Positions 46,964 through 54,817 of a stretch of DNA of 64,000 bases are shown here, in pieces (the first letter of the stretch is position 1; every line of letters starts with the position of its first letter). The notes beneath the pieces are model-generated. The model saw nothing but the letters and a program-made list of their open reading frames with translations. It did not search any database and was not told where the DNA came from. The stretch is taken from NCBI GenBank assembly GCA_041389025.1, contig JAWKSP010000001.1, forward strand, positions 192,002 through 256,001. The letters are read 5' to 3'. A program made the translations under genes and the position numbers. The stretch comes from Minisyncoccota bacterium (lineage in GTDB: Bacteria; Patescibacteriota; Minisyncoccia; Phycocordibacterales; UBA918).

Positions 46964-48894
46964 TTTATCATGTTTGTTAAACGACTAAAGGACTGTGAGC
47001 TGGTGGTGATGATTAATATATTTGGTTTAACAAAACCATAAATTATTTCTTCTTCACCGGTACCGGATTTTAAAACTCTAACCTCCACACCAGCCAAAGA
47101 ACCATCGATGAACTTTTCAGAAGTCATCCTAGTGCTGGTTGAATTGATTTCGGTATCTTTATTTTGATTAACTTTTAGTTTGAATATTTCGGATAAATTG
47201 TTTTTCATTTCTTTTTCCCAATTTAGCATACCGGCTAAAGCTACTGTTTGATCAGTTATTTTAAGTGCTAGGTAAGGGTTGTTGTCATTTAAGCCTCCAA
47301 AGTAGAGTTGTGATATTGATTGTCCAAAACCGTCGCCTAATTTTACATCAAGGAACTTCAGTACAGTTTCTGGTTCAACTACGTTTTGTGCATCAGGAGT
47401 AGTGGCAAAAGCAAATTGAGTCAGCTCTATTTCTGGGTTCTGGTATTCAGCGATTATTTTATTGATAAAAGTATTTTTATCAATAAATGGATCATAAACA
47501 AAAGCTACATCATCACTCACTATTCCGGTATATTTATTTATCTCTGAAACATAAGTGTTGTTTTCTTTGTTTTTATACCAAGCGTAACCCAATCCAATTG
47601 CTAAGAATAGAATTAGTATAATAGCTGATATTATAAACGAGATGAGGTTTGTATCAGTGGTGAACAAGATGCTTTTCTTAGAATTTTCTTTCTTGCTAGG
47701 CGGAATCACCGGTCCTTGGTTTGTGATGGCGGAAGTTACATCAACTTTTTTGGGAGCTGGTATAGTTTTTATCTCTGATGCAGTTTTTTGTTGTTCGCGA
47801 TTTACAATTTCTTTTTCAGTTGTTCGTGAAGTTAAGTCTTCGTCGGTTGACCATTTTGGTCCGGTAGGGTCCTTGTATTCATGATTTTCTTCCACTACTG
47901 TTTCTTCTGGTTTTTGTTCGGTTAGTTCTTCCTCCCTGCTTTGGTTTGGTTCTGGTTCAATTACTTTTTCTGGTCTAGGTTTTATTGGTGTTTCTTTTAC
48001 TTCTTCTATCTTTGGTGACAAATCCACTTTATCAGTTTCGTTTATAGAACTTAAATCTTCTATTACGATTTCACTTTGGTCAGATAAAAAGCCTTTTGGT
48101 ATTTTATCAGTAGCGACTTCTTTAGGTTCTTCAATTATTTTTGCTTCTTTTTTACTAGGCGGCGGCGGGAAAACTGGTTCTGTGTTTTTGGTAGAAATAA
48201 TTTTTGGTTCACTTTCCTCAATACTGTTTTGTTGCTGTCTTTCTTTTATTCTATTTTGTATTTGATCATGGTCAGTGTTGGTGGTGATGCCTGATTTAGA
48301 AGTGGCTTTTTGAATCACTCCCTTTCTTCGACTAGCTTCAGGTACGGTATACTTAGGGGCTTTTTTAGCTTCTCTTTGCTTCTTTTTTTCTTTTATCCAA
48401 TTAGAAAATGAAGCAAAAGTCTCTGAAAAAAGATTAAACCGGTCTTTTTTTGTATCGGTTATAACTGTTGCTGCTTCAGAATCCTCTCCGGCAATATGAA
48501 CTTCTCTTTCTGGGCGACTAGTTTTAGCGGCAGCTAAAACCTGTACCGGTACCGGTTTAGGTTTTGGTTTTTCTTCTACTACTATATCCTCTTGTACTAC
48601 TTGGCTTTTTATTTCATCTGAAACTATTTTTTGTAATTCACTAAAATCAGTTCCTGTTTCAATAAGGTTTTCCTTAATTGGTTTTTTAGCCTGCGGTGGA
48701 GTTGGTAAAGATAGTCCGGTTTTTTTATCTTTTTCATGCCCTTTTTCTTTGTTAACTGGTGGAGTCGGTATATTATTCTTTAGAATTGGTTTTTTTACCA
48801 CCTGTTTTTTTGCGTCTTTATTCTTCTGGTCTCCAGCTAAAGTTCTAAGACCGGCTAGTTTGGAAGTTGATAAGTGATTGTTGTCCATTGTCAC
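46960..48894 (-). CDS. hypothetical membrane protein with about 400-aa Pro/Lys/Glu-rich disordered N-region, single TM, about 210-aa C-terminal domain
   Basis: 644 aa; low-complexity KPKP/EEK-rich; TM FIISAIILILFLAIGLGYAWY. Confidence 0.4.
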   Translation of the reverse strand: MTMDNNHLSTSKLAGLRTLAGDQKNKDAKKQVVKKPILKNNIPTPPVNKEKGHEKDKKTGLSLPTPPQAKKPIKENLIETGTDFSELQKIVSDEIKSQVVQEDIVVEEKPKPKPVPVQVLAAAKTSRPEREVHIAGEDSEAATVITDTKKDRFNLFSETFASFSNWIKEKKKQREAKKAPKYTVPEASRRKGVIQKATSKSGITTNTDHDQIQNRIKERQQQNSIEESEPKIISTKNTEPVFPPPPSKKEAKIIEEPKEVATDKIPKGFLSDQSEIVIEDLSSINETDKVDLSPKIEEVKETPIKPRPEKVIEPEPNQSREEELTEQKPEETVVEENHEYKDPTGPKWSTDEDLTSRTTEKEIVNREQQKTASEIKTIPAPKKVDVTSAITNQGPVIPPSKKENSKKSILFTTDTNLISFIISAIILILFLAIGLGYAWYKNKENNTYVSEINKYTGIVSDDVAFVYDPFIDKNTFINKIIAEYQNPEIELTQFAFATTPDAQNVVEPETVLKFLDVKLGDGFGQSISQLYFGGLNDNNPYLALKITDQTVALAGMLNWEKEMKNNLSEIFKLKVNQNKDTEINSTSTRMTSEKFIDGSLAGVEVRVLKSGTGEEEIIYGFVKPNILIITTSSQSFSRLTNMIK

Positions 48895-48947
48895 TAGTAT
48901 CGCATGAAATAAGCAATTTGTGTTAGTTGCCTGTGGTTTTGTTCGTT

Positions 48948-48996
48948 AAAGTATAAGAAAATGCGCGACCTGCGGTCGCCCCTTTTCTTATACTTT
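48948..48996 (-). terminator. nested hairpin terminator downstream of pnp
   Basis: aaagtataagaaaa tgcgcgacctgcggtcgcccc ttttcttatacttt. Confidence 0.55.
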
Positions 48997-49005
48997 TTAG
49001 ATTTT

Positions 49006-51114
49006 TTAATTATTTTGCTTTACGAAGTCTGGTGCGATCTGTTTTATTGATAAACCAATCTTTCCGTCTTCTATCTTGCTTACTATTACCGGTACCTTGT
49101 CACCAACTTTTAATACTCCCTCTAATTTTTCTAATCTAAATGGTGCAACTTCAGATATATGTATCAAACCTTCATTATAATCATCTAGTCTGGCAAAAGC
49201 TCCAAAAGTAGCGATTTTAGTAATGACTGCTTCAGTTTTCTCTCCTATCTCGTAACGCTTAGTAAGGGCTTTTATTTTTTCACTGGCAACTTTGGTGGTA
49301 CCATTTTTACCGGTAATAAAGACAGTGCCATCATCTTCAATATTTATTTCTTCTACTGCCGATTCATCTTTAATGGCATTAATAGTCTTTCCTCCTGAAC
49401 CAATTACCAGTCCGATTTGCTCTGGTAGTATGTTTAGACTGATAACTTCCGGTGCGTTTGGAGATATGTGTGGCCTGTGAGTATCTATAGTTGCTGTCAT
49501 GGTATCTAATATATGTAGGCGAGCCAAACGGGCTTTTTCTAAAGCTTCACCTAATATATGTACGTTGATACCATCAACCTTTACATCCATTTGGATAGCA
49601 GTCACACCTTCTGTGGTGCCGGCCACTTTAAAGTCCATATCACCAAACTCATCTTCCGGTCCTTGAATGTCTGTTAATAACGCATAGTTATTTTCATATA
49701 TCATAACTCCAGAAGCGATACCGGCTACTGGTCTCTTGATTGGTACTCCTCCATCCATCAAAGCTAGAGTAGAAGCGCAAACTGAACCCATTGAACTTGA
49801 GCCGTTACTCGACATGGTTTCAGATACTAAGCGAATAGTGTACGGAAAGATATCTTTATCCGGTACTATTGGCTCGAGAGCTTTTTCAGCTAAGGCACCA
49901 TGTCCAATCATGCGGCGGTTAAAACCACCAACTCGTCCGGTTTCACCAACTGAAAAAGGCGGAAAGTTGTAGTGGTGCATAAAACGTTTTTTTACTTCTC
50001 GTTCTTCCATGGTGTCTATCATCTGAGCGGCGTCTGGTCCACCTAGGGTGAGAGCGGAAAAGATTCGAGTACCACCACGATAAAAAATTCCTGAGCCGTG
50101 AAGAACTGGTGATACACCGCCGGCTTGGGCGTAGAGCTCTCTCACTTCATCCATACTTCTTCCATCTGCTCGCTTACCATTCAGGACAGCTCCTTTGTGT
50201 AACTCAAGGTCGATCATCTCTTCAAAAAAATGACTGGCAATTTTTTCACTAACTACTTCTTCAAGTTCAGTTACTGCTTTTAGAAAATCATTTTTTAATT
50301 CATAGATGTGATCTTTTCCGGCACGACTACTAAAAATTGTATTTTCTAATTGTGTCTTAAAAACTTGATTGTACAAATTTACTAAACTTTCTGGTAATAT
50401 CGGTTTTTCAATTACCCGTTTTTCTTTACCAAGTTTTTCAATAATCTTATTTTGAAATTCTTCCAGTTCTTGGTGAAAAATTGTGGCGGATTTGAGAGCA
50501 GAAATTATTTTGTCTTCACTAATTTCTTTGGCACCGGTTTCGATCATGTTGATCTTTCCTTCTTTACCACAAGCTAAAATTTCAAACTCGAGATCCTCAG
50601 CGTCTCTTTCTTTGTAGGTTGGGTTAATGATGAAGTTGTCGTTACTCGCAACTTTAGCAATACGAATTGCACCGACTGGTCCTTGCCATGGGATATTGGA
50701 AACACCAAGTGCTAACGATGCACCAATTACTCCAAGTACATCCGGATCATCCTCACCCATAGCGAGCACAGTTACTACTACCTGCACGTCAGTTTTTAAA
50801 TGGGAAGGAAAAAGTGGACGGATAGTGCGGTCGACGATTCTGGCAGACAAAATTGCTTCGTCACTTGGCCTGCCTTCACGACGCATAAAACGACTACCAA
50901 GGATCTGACCAGCAGCATAAAATTTTTCTTCAAACTCTACTGAAAGTGGAAAGTATGGAAGATCAGTATCTCTACTTCCCATAACTGCTGTTACTAATAC
51001 AACTGTCTGGCCATAAGTCATAATGACTGACCCGTTGGCTTGGGCTGTCATATCATTAAACTCGGCGGTTAAAGTTTTGTCTCCTAGTTTGGTAGTAAAA
51101 GTTTCTTTTTGCAT
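49006..51114 (-). CDS. pnp: polyribonucleotide nucleotidyltransferase (PNPase)
   Basis: 702 aa; two RNase PH domains, KH (GKTINAIKDESAV) and S1 C-terminal domains. Confidence 0.95.
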   Translation of the reverse strand: MQKETFTTKLGDKTLTAEFNDMTAQANGSVIMTYGQTVVLVTAVMGSRDTDLPYFPLSVEFEEKFYAAGQILGSRFMRREGRPSDEAILSARIVDRTIRPLFPSHLKTDVQVVVTVLAMGEDDPDVLGVIGASLALGVSNIPWQGPVGAIRIAKVASNDNFIINPTYKERDAEDLEFEILACGKEGKINMIETGAKEISEDKIISALKSATIFHQELEEFQNKIIEKLGKEKRVIEKPILPESLVNLYNQVFKTQLENTIFSSRAGKDHIYELKNDFLKAVTELEEVVSEKIASHFFEEMIDLELHKGAVLNGKRADGRSMDEVRELYAQAGGVSPVLHGSGIFYRGGTRIFSALTLGGPDAAQMIDTMEEREVKKRFMHHYNFPPFSVGETGRVGGFNRRMIGHGALAEKALEPIVPDKDIFPYTIRLVSETMSSNGSSSMGSVCASTLALMDGGVPIKRPVAGIASGVMIYENNYALLTDIQGPEDEFGDMDFKVAGTTEGVTAIQMDVKVDGINVHILGEALEKARLARLHILDTMTATIDTHRPHISPNAPEVISLNILPEQIGLVIGSGGKTINAIKDESAVEEINIEDDGTVFITGKNGTTKVASEKIKALTKRYEIGEKTEAVITKIATFGAFARLDDYNEGLIHISEVAPFRLEKLEGVLKVGDKVPVIVSKIEDGKIGLSIKQIAPDFVKQNN

Positions 51115-51218
51115 AAAATATTTTTTTAAAATTTAGCAACCTCTTCTGGTTTTAGATTTCAAGTTTTTGAAATCTACTGATCAAAAGAGGTTGTTTCTAA
51201 TAATCATGAGCATAACAA

Positions 51219-51254
51219 AAATGACGGCCGGCACAAGTGCCGGCCGTCATTTTC
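51219..51254. terminator. hairpin aaaatgacggccggcac-aag-tgccggccgtcatttt
   Basis: Perfect 15-bp GC-rich stem between pnp leader and NYN gene 3' end. Confidence 0.65.
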
Positions 51255-51265
51255 CATATGTATTT

Positions 51266-51844
51266 TTACAAATCCTCTGCACCAACTCTGGTAGTTTTTT
51301 TAGTTCGGCGTCCAGCCGCTTTTTTGCGACGATTGGTTTTGTAGCCGATTAAAAATTCTTGTGGATTCTCATCCATATCAATAAAGTCATCTACTACTTC
51401 TTTTAGACGTGCTGAAGCAGAGCGTCCAAAAGTAATGGCTTCTATCTGACAACCTTGACTTCGTACATATTCAATCATCGGTATGAAGTCTCCATCACCA
51501 CTGGCGATAATTATTGAGTCAACTTTATGAGCAAGTTTGACTGCGTCGATAGCGATACCAACGTCCCAGTCTGCCTTCTTGGCTCCGCCATAAAAAATTT
51601 GTAGATCTTTAGTTTTAATTTCAATTCCTACTTTTTCCAAGGCTTCAAAGAAAGCACTTTCTTCTCCACTTTCGGTATTTACTACATACGACAGAGCACG
51701 AATTAGTTTTCGGTTCCCAAGCGCCGCTTTTACAATTGCGCCGAAGTTAACTTTTGATTTGTATAAATTTTTTGCACTATGGTAAAGGTTTTGAGTATCG
51801 ATCAAGATAGCGACCCGTTGGTCGGGGTGTCTGATTATTCTCAT
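51266..51844 (-). CDS. NYN/LabA-like (PIN-fold) domain protein
   Basis: 192 aa; VAILIDTQNLY...IASGDGDF pattern typical of NYN/DUF88; basic C-terminal tail. Confidence 0.65.
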   Translation of the reverse strand: MRIIRHPDQRVAILIDTQNLYHSAKNLYKSKVNFGAIVKAALGNRKLIRALSYVVNTESGEESAFFEALEKVGIEIKTKDLQIFYGGAKKADWDVGIAIDAVKLAHKVDSIIIASGDGDFIPMIEYVRSQGCQIEAITFGRSASARLKEVVDDFIDMDENPQEFLIGYKTNRRKKAAGRRTKKTTRVGAEDL

Positions 51845-52007
51845 ATTATTTAGTTTATTAAATTATTAAAATTTATTAAAACAAATTTTAAATCATCAAA
51901 ATTTATTTGATTCTGTCTTATTAAAATACTAAGTGTGTAAAACACACTCACACACACTATAGCTTGAAAAACAAAAATGCTCCAGAGCGGAGCTTTTTGT
52001 TCTTTGG

Positions 52008-52274
52008 TTAGCGTTTCAGTCCTAGATTTTTAAGAGTTGCTTTATAAGCTTTCTCATCTTTTTTCTCTAAGTACTTTAAGTGCTTACGTCGATTGGCTAC
52101 CATTTGTAGTAGACCGCGACGTGAGTGAAAATCTTTCTTGTGCTTGCGTAGGTGTGTAGAAAGCTCTTCAATTTGTCTGGTTAAAAGTGCCACTTGCGCT
52201 TCCGGTGAGCCGGTGTCGGCGTCGTGGCGACGATTACCCTTTAAAACATTTTCCTTTACTCTTTTTGATAACAT
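52008..52274 (-). CDS. rpsO: 30S ribosomal protein S15
   Basis: Start at internal Met of 128-aa track ORF: MLSKRVKENVLKGNRRHDADTGSPEAQVALLTRQIEELSTHLRKHKKDFHSRRGLLQMV... aligns with S15 over 88 aa. Confidence 0.85.
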   Translation of the reverse strand: MLSKRVKENVLKGNRRHDADTGSPEAQVALLTRQIEELSTHLRKHKKDFHSRRGLLQMVANRRKHLKYLEKKDEKAYKATLKNLGLKR

Positions 52275-52456
52275 AAAAATTTGTGAAACGTCTTCCTTAT
52301 ATAGATACAGTGCCTGTTTCGCACCTATAAGGAGTACGCAGTTGATAACCGCGAAGGTTGAAATTACTATAGCATAAAAAAATAATAAAAGCAAGTCACA
52401 ACTAAAGTTCGACGTTTTGTCAAAACAATGTTCAAAAAAGTTGTATACTGTTAGAG

Positions 52457-53374
52457 ATGGATTTAAACCAACTGAAACAACAGTTTTTAGAGTACCTCGA
52501 AATTGAAAGAGGGCGGAGCGTGAAGACGGTCGAAAACTACGATCGCTATTTAAGACGTTTTTTTGATTTCAGTCGAGCCAAAAAGCCAGCCGATATAACT
52601 GAGAAACAGGTGCGAGAATTTCGTTTATACCTAAATCGTCAGTCAGGTACGAAGGTTGGTGGCAAAAAGGAGCCCATGAAACGCAGAACCCAAAATTATT
52701 ATTTGATTGCGCTTAGAGCATTTTTAAAATACTTACGTAAGCAAGGAGTATCGTCTTTGTCTCCGGAGAGAATCGAGCTTGCCAAAATACCGGAACGTTC
52801 ACTCGATTTGATTTCATCTGTGGAACTGTCTCGATTACTAAATGCGCCGGATGTCGGTACGCTCGAAGGAAAAAGAGACCGTGCAATTTTAGAGTTACTC
52901 TTCTCTACCGGATTGCGTATCTCCGAACTCTGCTCCTTGTCGATTGATGATGTTGATTTATCGCGTGATGAATTTTCGGTACGAGGTAAGGGTGACAAAA
53001 TTCGCGTGGTGTTTTTATCGGATGACGCCAAGACAACATTGAAAAAATATTTGTCAGCTCGCAAAGATATGGAGGACGCTCTCTTCATTCGTTACGGAAG
53101 AAAGGCGCATGTCGGTGAAGACGCACGGATCTCTCCGCGAGCGGTACAAAGACTTCTAAAACACTACGCGACCAAGGCTTGTATTGTACGCAAAGTCACC
53201 CCGCATGTTATCCGTCATAGCTTCGCCACCGACCTTCTAAGTAACGGCGCTGACCTTCGCTCCGTACAGGCTCTCCTTGGTCACGCTCACATCGGTACCA
53301 CTCAAATCTACACCCACGTCACTGATGCTCACCTTAGAGCGGTTCACAAAAAATTCCACTCGAAGCGAAAATAA
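52457..53374 (+). CDS. tyrosine site-specific recombinase XerC/XerD family
   Basis: 305 aa; N-terminal SAM-like core-binding domain; catalytic R...HxxR...Y (ARISPRAVQ; HVIRHSFAT; GHAHIGTTQIYTHV). Confidence 0.85.
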   Translation: MDLNQLKQQFLEYLEIERGRSVKTVENYDRYLRRFFDFSRAKKPADITEKQVREFRLYLNRQSGTKVGGKKEPMKRRTQNYYLIALRAFLKYLRKQGVSSLSPERIELAKIPERSLDLISSVELSRLLNAPDVGTLEGKRDRAILELLFSTGLRISELCSLSIDDVDLSRDEFSVRGKGDKIRVVFLSDDAKTTLKKYLSARKDMEDALFIRYGRKAHVGEDARISPRAVQRLLKHYATKACIVRKVTPHVIRHSFATDLLSNGADLRSVQALLGHAHIGTTQIYTHVTDAHLRAVHKKFHSKRK

Positions 53375-53396
53375 AATTTCAGTATACAAAAAAATA

Positions 53397-53428
53397 AAAG
53401 AGCCAAAATATTTATGATGGCTCTCTTT
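53397..53428. terminator. bidirectional hairpin aaagagccaaaata-ttta-tgatggctctcttt
   Basis: Inverted repeat between xerC-like (+) and the 98-aa ORF (-). Confidence 0.5.
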
Positions 53429-53437
53429 ATTTAATTA

Positions 53438-53734
53438 TTATTCAAAATTATCAATTTCCTTCATCAGGAATAATTTAGGATCTGTCGAACCGGGACCTAG
53501 AAGTTGACAGGAAAATATTCTTTCATCATTGTATACTCGTAATACTTTGTATTCATGCGCTTTTATGATATGGCATGAACTTAAATCTGCTTTGAAAGTT
53601 TTTTTACATTTAATCACTTGTCCATTTTTCAATTCGCCAAATGACGTCATAAGTATCTCCTTTATCAGACTAAATTTAAATAGAAAATGGGTAACAAACT
53701 TTCTATATTTAATCATAAAATTAATATATGTCAA
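53438..53734 (-). CDS. hypothetical protein
   Basis: 98-aa ORF, no motif. Confidence 0.3.
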   Translation of the reverse strand: MTYINFMIKYRKFVTHFLFKFSLIKEILMTSFGELKNGQVIKCKKTFKADLSSCHIIKAHEYKVLRVYNDERIFSCQLLGPGSTDPKLFLMKEIDNFE

Positions 53735-53770
53735 TCCCTACGTTGACTCACATGAATTAAAGCTGCGTGT

Positions 53771-54700
53771 TCAAACTACTCCCATCAACACCACCGCCAA
53801 AATAGAAAGTACAATCGCCACCACTTTTCTGGTGTTCCAGTGTTCATTATAAAAAATAATTGAGAGGACGATTGGGATAATAATGTAGAGCGAGGTGATG
53901 GTGTAGACGATGGCGAGCGATCCACTGTAAGCAAATGAAAGTATTAAAGTAGAGAAGCTTATCATCTGCACAAATCCACTAATAAAAACTAGTTTTATTA
54001 AATCACTATTTAAAGACATTGTTTTAGTGTCCTTGATAACCCCTCTACTTTTGTGAAAAAATATGCTAGCTAAAGCTAATATAATATTAGCAATACCGGC
54101 AAAGAAAAGTACTGCTGAAAATAAGTCGGTGACTAATTTATAAATAACTGCTCCGACACCGGATAATAGCGCACTTAAGGTGATAAGGAGTACACCTTGC
54201 TTTAGATTTTGTTGTCTGCCATTTTCTGTTTGATTGATTAATAATAAAGGAATCAGGACTCCAAGAATTATTCCAATAAATTCTATTGTGGTTAAATTTT
54301 CTTTAAATAAAATTACTCCGAAAAGTAACACAAAAAGCGGGCTAAAAAATTTATGTATAGGCAAAGCAATAGTGGTATCTATATATCGAAAAGAGTCCAT
54401 ACGCAAATTTGTTGAAAATAAATATATGATTCCAGCCGCTAAAGCTAATCCAATCATCAGTCAAGATATTTCATCATAGCCTTCAACAAAGCTGGCTAAG
54501 AGTAACGTACTTATGCCGGCTACTCCGGAACTAAGACCATTTAGTAAGTTCGAGTTGTATTTTCTCATTACTCCAACTTTTTGTATAAAAACTAATAGTC
54601 CGGAAAAATAAGTGACACTACTGCTAAGATAAACCAAGTTTCCATGATGGCGAGAGTATAGCATTTTTAGGATTTTGATATACATATATATGTATGGCAT
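53771..54700 (-). pseudogene. DMT/EamA-family transporter interrupted by a single in-frame TGA (79-aa N-part plus 228-aa C-part)
   Basis: Minus-strand read ...GAA ATA TCT TGA CTG ATG ATT GGA... (E I S * L M I G); the two ORFs are in the same frame and together make about 307 aa with about 10 TM. Confidence 0.4.
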
Positions 54701-54701
54701 T

Positions 54702-54724
54702 GCCCCGCGCCGTAGGCGCGGGGC
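54702..54724. repeat. GC-rich palindromic element gccccgcgcc-gta-ggcgcggggc
   Basis: Perfect 10-bp stem; near-identical palindrome at 57403; strongly GC-biased in an AT-rich genome. Confidence 0.5.
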
Positions 54725-54817
54725 AGACTTTTAGATGTCTCACTAAACTCTGGGGATAAAAACTGCTGTCTATTTTTTATCGGTGTTTCATACTAAGAGC
54801 ATAATTAAATATTTTGT

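Noticed and set aside
52008-52394. 128-aa extended S15 ORF with hydrophobic N-terminal 40 aa
   Set aside because: S15 homology begins at the internal Met (MLSKRVKEN...). The upstream extension is a read-through of the ORF finder into the leader, so the gene is called as 52008-52274.
43540-53726. Shared 11-mer tatatgtcaat at 43544 and 53716 as evidence of a repeat family
   Set aside because: An AT-rich 11-mer occurring twice in 64 kb is within chance expectation. It is kept only as a low-confidence note in the dif-like finding.
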